Shown: one piece after another, positions 37,960 through 52,189 of the stretch
How the letters are laid out: the number at the start of each line of letters is the position of its first letter
Position numbering within the stretch: position 1 is the stretch's first letter
NCBI GenBank assembly: GCA_951406725.2
Contig: OX597841.1
Coordinates: forward strand, 13,516,001-13,580,000
Direction of reading: 5' to 3'
Length of the DNA stretch: 64,000 nt
From: Octopus vulgaris
Taxonomy: Eukaryota
Notes under the pieces: model-generated
What the model was told of the DNA's origin: nothing
Databases searched by the model: none
Seen by the model: the letters and a program-made list of their open reading frames with translations, nothing else
Position numbers and translations under genes: made by a program

Positions 37960-40065
37960 GCAAGGTCTCCCTTATTGGCTCATGCTTACGTATTTACATA
38001 GATAAGACAGTAGTGTGATTTGAGGAAGATTTGGCTGCTATTTCTACCAGGTCTAGCTACCATGTAGAGGTCTCCCCTATTGGCTCATACATACATATAT
38101 ACATAGATAAGACAGTAGGGTGTGATTTGAGAGAGATTTGGCTGCTATTTCTACCAGGTCTAGCTACCATGTAGAGGTCTCCCCTATTGGCTCATACATA
38201 CATATATACATAGATAAGACAGTAGGGTGTGATTTGAGGGAGATTTGGCTGCTATTTCTACCAATTTTTTGTACCATCACCTGTAATGTTAACACCTGTC
38301 ATCAGCAATTTATTGAACTGTCTGGTGTGTGTGTCTGTGTGTGTTATGTTAATGGCACATCTGTCTGTCTGTCTGTCTCTCTCTTTGAGGACATAATCTA
38401 AAGGAAAGGAAGGAAGAAAGAAAGAAAAGACACTACTACATTAGGGAAATATCAGTGCCCCTCCCACCATGCCCACTCCAACCTACACTCTAGTTCCATG
38501 TTTTACCTTTTCTCTGCTGTTTTGGCTTTCATTCTTTGCTATTCCGTATATCTGGACTCCAAGCTTCACTTTGGGTCTCATTCCATCTGAGCTCCACTCC
38601 ATCTGGACTCTAGGCCCCACCTTGAGCCTCACTCCATCTGAGCTCCACTCCATCTGGACTCTAGGTTCCACATTGAGCCTCACTCCACTCCATCTGGACT
38701 CACTCCACTCTGAGATCCACTCTGTCTGGACTCAAGGCTCCACCTTGAGTCTCACTCCATCTGAGTTCTCCGCCCTGTACTGCACTCTGCTCCAGGTTAG
38801 ACTCCAGCCCAAGGTCACTTCACTCCAAACTACAGTCCACTTTGAGTTATACTCTGCTCTGAGTTAAACTCTCTGGACAGCATTCACTCAGGGCCATACT
38901 CCACTCCACTATATTTCCTTTGCATTCAACACTTGTTTTATTTTGACTTTTTCCGTTCAAATTTCAACTTCCATTTTGTTTTTTTTTTTGTTCAAATTTT
39001 TTGCCTTTTTTGTTGTTATTTTTTTTTTTTCAGCAGCCATCTTTTGAACACCTTCACTCCAACTCTTTCGCTCACACTCCACATTCCATCTTCACCACTC
39101 AAAACTGCCTTAAATGTTAACAACTGCCACTTGTGTATCACGTTTATCCCGTTCTGGCCTTCACATCTATCTTCCCATCCATCAGCTGTCATGCCCCCCA
39201 CCCCACCACCACCACCTTACATCATTTGCAGTTTTACCCCGTACCCACTGCTCCGCTCTCTTCTTTCCCATCTGCCTTGTTTAAACCATATTCCCTTACA
39301 AAACTGTCTTTAGTATTTCCTTCTTTCTAAAAATGCCTTCGACTTGGCTATTTGGCCAAGCACATATAAAATACATACTTCTAGGTGGATTTGGCTGCTA
39401 TTTCTACCCAGTCTAACTACCTTCTAGAGGTCTCCTTCATTGACTTATACATTCACACACACTACAGTAGGGTATGATTTGAGGGGGGTTTCACTGCTGT
39501 TTCTACCAAGTCTGCCATATAGAAGTCTCCCTTACTGGCTTACATTTGTAAGCCAATACATATACACAAAACAATAAGGTATGATTTGAGGGAAATTTGG
39601 CTGCTATTTCTATCTGCTCAGGGTAGAGATCTCCCTCATTGGCCGACACATATATACATACATAAGACAGTTGAGTGTGATTAGAGGGAGATTTAGCTGC
39701 TATTTCTCTCAGCTGGCTCATACATATATACAAAGAACAGAAGGATGCGATTTTAGGGAAATTCAGCTACTGTTTCTGCAAAGTCTAGCTACCTTGTAGG
39801 GGTCTCTCTCATTGGCCCATACATACATATAAACATACATAAGACAAAAGGGTGTGGTTTGAGGGAGATTTGGCTGCTATTTCTCTCAGCTGGCTCATAC
39901 ATATATACAAAGAACAGTAGGATGCGATTTTAGAGAAATTCAGCTACTGTTTCTGCAAAGTCTAGCTACCTTGTAGGGGTCTCCCTCATTGGCCCATACA
40001 TACATATAAACATGCATCAGACAAAAGGGTGTGGTTTGAGGGAGATTTGGCTGCTATTTCTATCA
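37960..40065. repeat. Two arrays of a ~90-130-bp unit (37960-38262; 39380-40065) around a 51-bp minisatellite (38550-38765)
   Basis: Unit gggtgtgatttgagggagatttggctgctatttctac..gtctagctacc..gtagaggtctcc..attggc; minisatellite catctgagctccactccatctggactctagg. Confidence 0.8.
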
Positions 40066-40350
40066 TTTCCTCATGTCTTCCTCTCTGTCCCATGCACCAT
40101 CTCACATATCTTCTTTGGCCTTCATGTAACTTACTTCTCCCATACTGTCTTTTACATGTTTTATTGTTTTCATTCCCCCCCCCCCTATGGTGCTCCATCT
40201 GGCATTCTTCACCATATTTCATGGAATCCACATCAACAATGACTTCTTTTTTTTTTTTTTTTTAAATATCATATATATTTATATATATATGAATAGACAT
40301 GCACTGATGATGTATAATATATATATCTGTATACACCCCTGATATTTCAG

Positions 40351-40413
40351 ATCTCTGGCGTCGTTGCTTCTGCTGCAGAGGTCGGGTATCCTATTTCTTT
40401 TGCAATGGCATGA
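40351..40413 (+). CDS. Candidate alternative exon ISGVVASAAE(VGYPISFAMA*)
   Basis: tttcag| acceptor, GC-rich island in AT-rich intron, open in talin phase 0; possible donors after 40380 or 40385; TGA 40411-40413 followed by AATAAA at ~40439. Confidence 0.35.
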   Translation: MSGVVASAAEVGYPISFAMA

Positions 40414-41825
40414 CAAGATTGACGCTATCCAATATATAAATAAAATAAAATATATATATACATGTGTGTGCATATATATATGTGTGTGTTTGTGTCTCAT
40501 ATATATGTCTTTATATACGTGTATAATCATATATATGCAGACATACGTATATATATGTATGTGTATATATGTATATATAAACTCATAAAGCAGTGCCAGT
40601 TATTATTATTATTATTACTACTACTACTACTCTTACTACTACTACCACTACTACTTCTACTACTCCTCATTGGACATCATTAGCTTCAGCATCATTCATT
40701 TCTTTTTTTTCTTCTCTCTTTTCCTCTCAGTACTGTTGCTGGTGAAAACTGCTTGAATGCTCCCCTACCCTCCCCCCTTTTACACACACGGGGTTTGTTT
40801 CCTCTGCTCCTTCTCTTCTACCCTGTAATAGCAGTTTGACTGAGTCTAGGACATTTACCCCCACCCCATGGACAATTATGATGATTTAAAACTTCTTAAT
40901 ATATTAGAGATGAAGGTAATTGTCCTGATGTGGTTTGACCGGAAGCCCTGCTGTCCCTAGCATATTATTTGGGTATACATACACACAGAAACCCTGTGGC
41001 CCAACTAGAAACAGAGTCCCCTTGCAGTATGATGACTTGAACCAGCAAAGTGTGTTTAGCATGATTAAATCATCAAGTACACGCATGCACACACATACAC
41101 ACACACACACGCACTGGGTTACAAAGTGTGCAAGGAGAAATATATACACACTGTACAGGAAGTAGAGTGTGTATAATTTAATTTGTTCAGCTGAACCTAA
41201 ACTAGTCGAACCTTGCAGTTTCCACAAGCATTGCACCTAAAGTTTCGTCAGTCAGCCAACCATTTGGGAATTTGATTAGAAAATTGCATGTTTTCTAACG
41301 AAAGCTCAAATGACCAACAGAGGAAACAGGCAAAGCAGTGTTTATGGAATCTTCTAGTTAAAGCATGTTTGATTTCAGCCACACACACAGAATATTTTAG
41401 ATACAAAACTAGATTTATTCATCTGAGTTTAAAATTTTTATCTTAAATAAAATATGCAAATAATTAGCTAAAGCAAAGAGTTTAAGATACATTAATTAAA
41501 ACTCAAAGTGCTGATTAAAGTTTTGCTCTGTAACTGGTCACGAAATAAAACTTTAATCAGTACCCAACCTCTTTCACTTGAAACCGTATATAGTTTCACA
41601 AAATGAATGCTATATATATATGTGTGTGTGTGTATACATACACATTGCAATGTATAGATTATTTCTTTATACAATGCAAGTATTTTACAAATGGCCACTA
41701 CTACCATGCTGCACTGTCTGTGCTCAAATATCTTCAGAAGTTAAATGCTTATCTCTGAAGATGTTGGTGCATACGCAGTGAAGCAGGAAGCTGTTTGTAA
41801 GATTTGTATCCATGCTCTCTCTCTT

Positions 41826-41900
<75 letters not shown>

Positions 41901-41964
41901 AAGAGAGATAGAGGATTAGTTTACTGTTAAGATAAGATCAACAAAGAAGTATTTTGTCTAGTGA

Positions 41965-42220
41965 GAGGTAAATATCATTTCATTTACATAATACAAGGAT
42001 ATGAGCTGCTAGTAGTGTCTTGCTATGAAGACACCAGTCCTAGCAGGTTTTTATAACATGCTTTGTCTCCAGGCAGTCTTCAGGCTCTGAGACCATGTGC
42101 TCAAAGCCTGAAGATTGCTTGGAGACATAATGTATGTTAGAGAAATCTGCCTGGACCAGCAACTTGCATGAAACTGTTGGTAGCTCCTGTCTTTATATTA
42201 TGGACAATAAATGATATCTA
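41965..42220. mobile_element. Penelope-like inverted repeat with + strand hammerhead-like motif
   Basis: Imperfect palindrome centred ~42095; agc-CTGAAGA(42108)-ttgc..gcat-GAAAC(42170)-tgttg-GTA-gct. Confidence 0.55.
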
Positions 42221-42918
42221 CATATATATATATATATATATATATCTACATATATATATTATGAGTATGTGGGTGCATGAGTGCTAATCTTGGTTAAATG
42301 ATCCAGAAGTCAATACTTCACTGAGAAACACTGATTCGGGCCCTGCTCATAACTACTGCATTCAGGGATATCTGCAGTGGGTAACATTGTTAACCCCTGA
42401 AGATGCTGTGAATCTGCGATTCCTTCTCTCCCGCCCCCCCCCCCCTGCAGCTGTAGATTCAATGAAACTGTCCGAAGGGTAGATACATCGTTAAAATCCC
42501 AATCAGAGCGACAGACCCACCCCAGTCCTCTTCGTCTACCCTCAACACTTCGGAAACAAAGAAAGGAAACAACTGTCGCGTTCCCACAGGCGCTGGGCCT
42601 AGTGGCAGGGTGCAGGGATCTAATTAAGTTACCGCTACCACCCACAACGACCACCACCACCACCACTACTACCACTACTACTAACCAGCAACAGTAATGG
42701 AGGAGATACCATCATTAGTTGTCATGGCATCGTCGGCATTTTTTTTGGCTTTTTTCTTAGTTTTTGCTTTTTCTTTGTTTCTATAATTTTTTTTTTTTTT
42801 TGTAATTTTATTTTTTTTTTTGTATGTACAAAATTGTCTTTTGATACTACTATTACTACTACTCCTACTACTAGTTATTGCTGTTGCTATATTACAACCA
42901 CCCTCATTTCTGTTATTG

Positions 42919-42957
<39 letters not shown>

Positions 42958-42958
<1 letters not shown>

Positions 42959-43750
42959 GGCGGTGAGCTGGCAGAGTTGTTAGCATGCTGGACAAGAGAC
43001 TTATCGGTATTTCATCCACTGCTGCATTCTGAGTTCAAATTCCGCCAAGGTCAACTCTGCCTTTCATCCTTTCAGGGATGGTAAAATAAGTGTTAGTGAA
43101 ATTCTGGGGTCAATGTAATTGACGAGTCTCCTCCCCAAAATTTTCCTGCGTTGAACCTATAATAGAAAGGATTATTATTATTGTTAATATTATTATTATT
43201 CGAGGCAGCAAGCTGCTGGGTGAAATGCTTAGCGGTATTTCGTCTGTCTTTATGTTCTGAGTTCAAATTCCACCACGGTCGACTTTGCCTTTCATCCTTT
43301 CAGGGTCGATAAATTAAGTACCAGTTGCATACTGGGGTCGATCTAATCGACTGGACCCCTCCCCCAAACATTTTGGGCCTTGTGCCCAGAGTAAAAAAGA
43401 TTATTGTTATTAAGGCTGCGAGCTGGCAGAATTGTTAGCACGCTGGACGAAATGCTTAGCAGTATTTTGCCCATTGATAGGTTCTGAGTTCAAATTCTGC
43501 TGAGGTTGACTTTGCTTTTCATCCTTTCAGGGTCGATAAATTAAGTACCAGTGAAACACTGGGGTCGATGTAATCAACTAGCACCCACCCCACTCACAAA
43601 ATGTCAGCCCTTGTGCCTTTAGGAGAAAGGAATATTCTTAAAGGGGTCAGATGGCAGAACCATTAGCACACCGGACAAAATGTTTAACGGCATTCCTTGT
43701 GGCTCTGAGTTCAAATCCTCCCAAGGCAAACTTCACCGCTTTATCCTTCC
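42958..43750 (+). mobile_element. Four tandem Meta-domain tRNA SINE copies (family also 17740, 18578, 24835 -, 28090, 49919, 53478, 59851)
   Basis: ggcggcgagctggcagaa..gttagca..gagttcaaattccgccgaggtcgactttgcctttcatcc. Confidence 0.85.
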
Positions 43751-44118
43751 AGCAGTCAGTAACCCAGAATACCAGTCATATACTGTGGCACGATAAATGA
43801 TTGTTCTCGACCACACCCACAATTGGTGGGAGGGGGTGGAGGGGGGGTTTGTGCTTCTCCCAAATTCCTATCATTGCAGTGTTGCAGTTTCGTTTTTCTT
43901 TTTTTTTTTGCGGGTTTTTTTTTTAGTTTTTTTTCCCCCCCGCTCCCTCCATACATGCCCTCCCTGTCTCCCCCACCTCACACACACACCCCTGTGTCCC
44001 CCTACGTTGGTTTGTTGAATCTAATTGCATCGTTATATCTTTTGCCTAATTAGTAGTTTTAATTTGTTGTTGTTGCTGCTGCTGTTCTCTGCATACAATG
44101 TTGCACTGTTGATGTAAC

Positions 44119-44155
<37 letters not shown>

Positions 44156-44529
44156 ACAGACCTACCTGTGCGTGTTTTATCATCTTCAGGTGTGATAACA
44201 GTTGTTGTTTTATCTATTTTTGTATGTTTTGTTCAGGTGTTTTTTTTCCTTCCTTCCTTCCTTCCTTTGTGTTATTGTTCTGATTTTTTTGTTTTTTTTT
44301 TTGTTTTTAAGTTTCCATTGTTTTTTTTAACCAAGGACAGGGCTGGGGGTGTGTGGGGAGGGAGGCTGCAAGTTGTTTTCCATTCTCACACCACCACCAC
44401 CACTACCATCCAACGAACACAAACACACACACACCCTTATATATTTACTCCCTTTCAACATTGCTCTAAACACACACATCTGCATGTATGTATGTGTGTA
44501 TGTATATATATATACATATATATATATAC

Positions 44530-44591
<62 letters not shown>

Positions 44592-44844
44592 ATGATTGTT
44601 TGAAGAGGTGTGCAGATTTTATTTCTATAAAGGAAAAGGAAGTTGTCAGAATTTTGGATAATTCTTTAACGCTTTTTCTTGTTTCAGGTTATCACCATTT
44701 CTTATGATTCTTGGAAACAAAATGAAAGCACTAAATAAATTATTGAAACTTCTGGCTACTTCCTTGTCCCATATATATATACATGTGTATATATGTGTGG
44801 TGTGTGTATATATGTATGTATATATATATATATATATACATATA

Positions 44845-44876
<32 letters not shown>

Positions 44877-44947
44877 CACACACATGTGCTTTTGGTGCAA
44901 ATGGTTTTGTTATACATTGCCGTATCTTACAATCCTGTAAATAATAA

Positions 44948-45219
44948 TAAGAATGGTATTTTTTATATAAGCTTAAAGCTTATACCAATCACCATGCAAT
45001 GACTTAGTAAAATAGTTTAATAACGGGGCATATAAGCCCTCGAAAGGAAAAAGAAGGCTTTCCTATCCACGTGAGACATGAACCCATATCTCTTTAATGC
45101 GGACTGGGAAAGCCTTCTTTTTTTTGTCGAGGGCTTTTATGCCCCGTTTTAGACTATTTTCCTTAGTCACTGCACAGTGATCGGTATAAGCTTTAAGCTT
45201 ATATCAAAATACCATTTTA
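44948..45219. mobile_element. Foldback MITE with ~115-bp TIRs
   Basis: aatggtatttt..ataagcttaaagcttatacc... versus ...ggtataagctttaagcttatatcaaaataccatt. Confidence 0.8.
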
Positions 45220-46975
45220 TATAAACACATACATACATGTTTTAGTTTACTGACAAGAAGAAGTACTCAATACTGAATTAGAGTAGATATTTATTGTGGT
45301 TCTGAGATTACTCCCTTCTCGTTGATTCACAGGATTTTGCTCCTCTGGCCAGTCGCATAACTAGTTTCTGAATATTTGTAACTAAGATAAATAGAATAAA
45401 ATTACTAAGATGATACGCTTTGGCAATCACTAAAATGGATAACGGTAAATAGAGAAAAGTATATTTAATACATTGTGAAGGTGCGGGGTCTCAGGGTGAG
45501 GCCGTTGCCTTCGTGTTTGCTAGGTTGTGGGTTTGATTCCCAGATCAAATGGCATATTGTGTTCTGGAGCAAAACACCGTATTTCATGTTGCCTCAGTCC
45601 ACTTGGCTGTAAATGAGTAACCTGATGACAGAGTAGCCGTCTGATCAGGGGGGAATGTTGGCCCTGCTCGCTTAGCTTAGCAAGATGGCATCTTTCGAAA
45701 GTGCATTGTGACCAGCAGGGTACATATAACAACATCCAATTGTCTGGTCGATCATGTGAGATATATATATACACATACATTTGACACAGGCTCCCTCTGG
45801 TGTTAACAAATTCTTATAATATTGTCGATTTATTTGGATCTGGTGATTCCCTCCCTACAACAAACATACTCTATTCTCTGTATTGAGTACTCTTTTTCTT
45901 TGTACTTCCAAACATGCACACACACACACAAACTATAAATATATTCTACATAATTTCCAATGTTTTCAGGGACCAATTCTTGTATTTATAGACTTATTAT
46001 GAACAGTAATTTGTAGCCAAGTAAAGCTTTGTGTTGGATTTTTATTAGTTTTTTTTAAAGTTTTTTTTTCTTTTTCTTCAAAAGGCTGTATGTAAATTTA
46101 TTCCTGAATAGTTAACCACCCTCTTTTTAATTGAACCCTTCCCAAGTGTGCTGGACTATTACATCCCATATATGCCGAGTCACGTCCCCTATCAGATTTA
46201 TTAAAATGAATCCCCCTTATAAGATGTACTGGTTCAATCCCCCTTACAAGATGTATTGGTTCAATCCCCCCCTCTTTACAAATGGCTCTGAACCAACCTT
46301 CCTCTCTGCAGTTTTTTTACCTTAAAGATATAAAGATACTTCTCATTTTATCCTCCACTTTATTCTAAAACATAATCCGTCTATACCTATTATATATTTT
46401 CCCTCAGACGTTGTAGGGCAAAAGTTTATTTTCTTGTTGTGGGGTAAAGGAAAAATATTTTTTTTAAAATCAACGACAAAAAAATAATCTGTTTCACACA
46501 TCAACAGGACAACATGCTTGGCTTCTTTAAGTTTTGGCTTCAATATTTCTAGAGCATGCAAGCATACACACACACACGTATATGCATATATAGGTATGTG
46601 TATATATATATATTTGTAGATAGATTGAAGTGACACTTTGAAATTATGGTTGAGAATCCAAAAAGTAGATTATTTTTCTGAGTGGTATTTTTACTTTGTT
46701 TCTAAACACAGGTGGTTATATATATATATATATGAGGGAATATTATTCCAAACTTACAGGGAAAAATGCAATTTAGAAATACTAAATTAAATTTCACAAA
46801 ATATAAAATATATATATATATAAATTAGGAAAAAAACCCACCTTTATCAATTCAATAATGAAAAATTAATTTATACCATTTAGAAAAATTACATCTTATA
46901 GAAAGATTAAATATAAGATAAACCATATAACGATGATTAAGTAATATGCAAAATAATAAATAGAACGTATATATT

Positions 46976-47008
<33 letters not shown>

Positions 47009-47431
47009 CATAGGTTCTGAATGTCTAAAAATATCAGTCACACACATACATACATTGTGTAATTTTTCACGTGTAGTCATTTACATGCAATGGCATTAGA
47101 AATGGAATATTGCTCAAAGAATTGTAACTAATAAGAAACTAGTGCTGAATTCCTTCTTTGTCTTCTTGTAATATATATATATATATGATATATATATATA
47201 TATATTATGTGTGTGTAGTGAGGGTTTTTTTATTGTGTTTGTGATGCATTTAATGGATTTTATAAGCATTTTTTATGCAATAATTTTGGACGTTTCTGCT
47301 GTATGAAGCAGAACCAAACTTTCCCAAGATTCTTCTCACAACTTATTCAGTTTTGTGTCATTTGTTGATCCCTTCTTCCCCACCAACTCGAAATCTGTAA
47401 TATCTCCATGCTGTGTCTTGTTGGCTCCTTA

Positions 47432-47468
<37 letters not shown>

Positions 47469-49049
47469 CATTTTCTTACATGTATTATGGCTTTGTACAT
47501 TAAACACACACACACACATATATATATACATGTGTGTATAATATATGTATAATATATATATGTATATATATATATATACACACATATATATAATATATAT
47601 GATGTGTGTATATATATATAAATATATGATATATATATATATATGATATATATATGATGCGTATATATTTATATATAATATATATGTGTTTGTGTATTGA
47701 TTCTGCCTTGGCTTTATTATTTCTGTATATAAATGTATTTAACCTCATTGACCCTTACTACTGACAAATTAATGGAGGTACCTACCCCCTTGGCCATGTC
47801 CCATCCTTCCTAGTTGCATGGTATCTAATGTAACCAAACAATAATTTCAGAAGAATCCCTCCCCCCTCACATCCCACTCCTGTCTCCTTGTTTTCATTTC
47901 CACATTGCCTTTGCCAATATTTTGAACTCCCCTTTCAACCAACTATTTACTCCTCCCTGACACAAAATCCCTTTTTTTTTTTATCAAACCTATAACTGTA
48001 CTTAGGTTTGTCAGGATATTTCTCCTTTGATATTTTACCTTTGTTTTGATTTATCTCCGTCCATAATCCTCATATACAGCAGATTTGTGAAATAATTCCC
48101 AACATTGACAGTGGTGGCTCTTTGTTTAAATAAAACAAGGCATCACCAGTGAAATTAATTCCTTCAAAGCTAAAGCCATACTATATACAGGTTCTATTCT
48201 ATTCCAACCTATGAAGTCCTTCTAGTTGACTAACTGATTGTGCCAAAATAAAAAATAAGAAGAGAAGAAAACAGGAAAAATTCTTCTTAGTGGAGGCAGA
48301 ATGAGACAATCTCAGCTTTGAATGAAAGAATAAATTTTTATTACAATGCATTGAGTGCATTTGTACATAGATATATAACATATAGGAATACATATGTGTG
48401 TAATTGGAGGTGACAGGTTCAAAGGGACATTGTTAGACCCCTTGGAATAGAGAACTCAAAGCAAGAAGTCAGTCGTCAACATATCTAATCTATAACTTTG
48501 AGTCTGACAAAATATATTTTGTTTCACCTGAGGGCTTTATCAGAGATGCACACATATGTATATATATATATATATATATCTTCTTCATTAGAAGAACTTG
48601 ATAAATGTTTTTTCACCTTATATTTTACCATTTTTCCATATTATCAATTCTTTTCCTTTTTGTTTGTTTAATTCGGAATGCTGCACGTGTTTATTTTATT
48701 TTATTTTTTGGAGGTGAGGGGGACAAATGATCCTGCCCCCAACCCTTACTTCCTTTCCTGGCTGGTCTTTGACTAAATTAGGTTTGCATTTATCTGTTTT
48801 GTTAATTTAGTTTGATCAATTTAACCCTGCATCATTTAGGACGCACTCACATAACAAAAAACTATACATATGTATATATATATGTGTATATATATATATA
48901 TGTATATATATGTATATATATATATATATATATACATATATGTATATGTATGTATATGTATGTATATATATATATGTATGTATATGTCTATATAGTGTGA
49001 GAATGATATTAGTAATAATAATAATAATAATAATTTTCGTCCTTCTCAT

Positions 49050-49516
49050 GATCATCGAATCTCTTGACTGCTGTTTCTGTATGCGTGCCTGTCTTGTGAC
49101 ATTGTACACAACTGAACATGTCATGTCATGTCGGAGAGATAAACCACCAGGGAGAGCAAAATTGTGCTGGATCTCTTTCCTCTCTCTCTCTCTCTCTCTG
49201 TTTCTCTCTTTCTTAATCTGTCCTTTGTGTATATTTTGGACGGAAAATCCTCCACTTCGACAAAACCAATTAGGAATAAAAAAAAAAAGACAGATTATTT
49301 TTATGAAAACGAAGAAGAAAAATATGTCAAAGAAAGTATATTGGAAAAATTTGTAGAAAAAAAAAATGTTTGTAAAAACAAAATCCAAAAAAAAACATAC
49401 AAGTATAAAAGACAGGAGCGACCACTGTGAAGAATCACTGAAGAATGAAACGAACGAAGGAAAACGAAGGAGATCGTTATGTTGATGATTAACAATCACA
49501 GTGTCATTGGTAAATG
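49050..49516 (+). promoter_or_regulatory. Candidate internal first exon / 5'UTR ending in ATG (start coordinate approximate)
   Basis: Non-repeat leader ending TAA-ATG|GTGAGT (consensus donor); phase 0 fits the acceptor at 52656. Confidence 0.45.
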
Positions 49517-49918
49517 GTGAGTGAATTCGATGTTTGCAGGTCACGGTTTCAATTCTTAGACACAAACAAACACAACTTTCCAATTCATGTTGTTCTTGTC
49601 CATTTCCCCTCTTTTTTTTTCCCCACCCTGGGGCTTTCTTACTTTCCACACACCTTAGAAGCAGATCATAAAGTAGGTAATGTCATCAGGGGAGAAATTT
49701 AGAGTTAATCCTGTTGTGAGGTAGGCATGAAGTTATTGTTAGATTAACGAATAGTAAATTTAGTAAAAAGACAAAGGCAGGGAAGACAATCCTGGATTTA
49801 AAGCTAATTAAAATCTTTTTAAAAAATAATTAGGACGTGGGCAGTGCTCCGGGATGGGAAGTGAATCTGAGCGTTCTGTGCCCCAGCCTTGATTCTATAT
49901 CATCACTATTCATCAGTA

Positions 49919-50150
49919 AGGTGGCGAGCTGGCAGAATCATTAGCACGTCGGGCGAAATGCGTAACCGTATTTCGTCTGCCGTTACGTTCTGAGTTCAAA
50001 TCCTGCCGAGGTTGCTTTTGCCTTTCATTCTTTCGGGGTCGATAAATTAAGTACCAGTTACGCACTGGGGTCGATGTAATCGACTTGATCCCTTTGTCTG
50101 TCCTTGTTTGTCCCCTCTGTGTTTAGCCCCTTGTGGGTAGTAAAGAAATA
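49919..50150 (+). mobile_element. Full-length Meta-domain tRNA SINE
   Basis: Same family as 42958; intact head and tail. Confidence 0.85.
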
Positions 50151-51005
50151 ACACCTGAAACGTACCTGTTATAACCCTTTGATTTCAAGGTACCTGAAGG
50201 TATTTAGAAATGTCCAAACCTATTTCTGCAAATGTGCTAAGCACTGATGCTGATCAATAAGCGTAGGAATGAGGTAAATGCAAGAAAAATAAGGAGAGGG
50301 GTCAGTGGGGCACCATTTAAGTGGCCCTTCAGAAATTGAACCTCCTTGCAGTACTCCCTTGGAATTCATGGTATGAAATTCGTTGCCATTGCTCTGATTT
50401 GGTGACCAATGTTATGTATTTAGTTTAAAATGCAGTAAAAATAGTGGGGAGTCAGTGAAGCCCTAATTAGGTGGTACTTAAAAGAATAAACCCCCTTAGG
50501 ACATTCCCTGGGTTTAGGGGACTTGCTGGTTTGAGTTTCGTTGTCCTTGCACCAACCATCTAGGAGGAGTTAACGAACATACAAACATAACGGACAGAGA
50601 AACGTCACTCAAATTTATAATAGGATAAGGGGGGGGGCAATCTGTCTTCAGGGGAGCTAACTCTTTGCATTCTGTTCTGATTGTATTTTGCTCCTTGTTT
50701 GGTCTTTTAATCTATTTGTCAGATTTTCTTTTAATTGAGATAAAGTTAATTATTCTTCCATTAATTGAGTTAATTTTATTAATTTAACATATTTAATTAA
50801 CGTTAGTAACCAGCCTGTAATCTGTCGTATGGATGTGTGTATGTTGGTGCTTACACACGCTGACATGCACACGTGCATACATAACTTTTAAACGGTTTTT
50901 TTTTCTTTCCATAAAAACTTGGCACTTTTATATCAGACACTTCGTTTCTGTATGAACGTGTGCACAATGAGTATATATATATCTCTTTCTCTCTTTATGT
51001 ATATA

Positions 51006-51371
51006 CTAGCGGTATCACCTGGCGTTGCTCGGGTTTGTTTCGACCCTTTAGAATTGGAATTTTTGCCTTATATAGCTTGTTATTCTCTTTAAGTGAACAT
51101 TTTTCTGGTTGAAATACACCGAAAAATGGCGACACAGCAGTCAAAACCTCGTAAAAAATTGGGATTTTCATAGAAAAAAAGCACCTTTTTGATGTAAATA
51201 ATTTTTGGTGTTAACATGGTCCGATTTGAATTTTTTCTTCTACGGAAGGAAGAGTAAGCCTTCTTCTATCATACTCTCAATTTCGGTCAGGGTCTCGGAG
51301 GAGATAGTGTTAGTTGAAGGCTACCAAACCTGCCACACACAGACAACTTCAGCTTTATATAGAGAGAGAGA
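51006..51371 (-). mobile_element. Non-autonomous Helitron copy 2
   Basis: High identity to 34292-34680 with two small deletions. Confidence 0.8.
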
Positions 51372-52136
51372 TATTTATCGGTGTGTGTGTGTGTAAATGT
51401 GCACATAAATGTTTGTGTGTGTATATCTACACATATATACGTATGTATACACACATCCACATCTATTTTGTATTTGTATACATGTATGTGTAACTAGATA
51501 TGTATATTTAGGTGTGTATGTGCTTGAGTTTTTAAAGCTTAGAGTAATTATATGTTGTTACATAGATTGGTTCAATTAAAAACAGCTCTGTGTGTGTGTG
51601 TGAATGAATGACAAGAGGGTTGATGTAATCAATTGCATTGGCTTACAGCTGTTTCAGCTGTAGGACACATTGCTCTCAGAGCTGAGTGTTTGTGCCTTAG
51701 CAAAATCATAATCCGTCTAAGCACACGAATGCATACAGATGTTGTAATTATTCATAAAATTCTTCCATGACTGTGTTTGTAACAACAACAAAACAAAAAC
51801 ACTGTCTATGTGATTCAATTAAGCTTAGAAGAAATAGATAATTTACAGGAATTTAATGAAAGAAACCACTTATTTTTGTTTTGTAATTCGATTACTCCAC
51901 CAGGGTACGAATCATAATTTCACAAACACTCTCCAATATAATTTTAATTGGATATTTTATTACAGATCTAATCGTTCAAAAAAAAAAAATAGACATTTCC
52001 ATAAACTAGACAACTAGTTTACAATGATTACCCTCGGCTCTCCATTGTAATAGTTTTTTTGCTAAATATTTTAATTCTTGGCACCTTTAAACTTTACCCA
52101 TGACCCCCACCTACCCAGTCTCCTACCAATTTACTA

Positions 52137-52189
<53 letters not shown>

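Noticed and set aside
48816-49649. 277-aa minus-strand ORF
   Set aside because: Low complexity (poly-F/I, YI repeats); antisense to the A-rich leader; no recognisable domain
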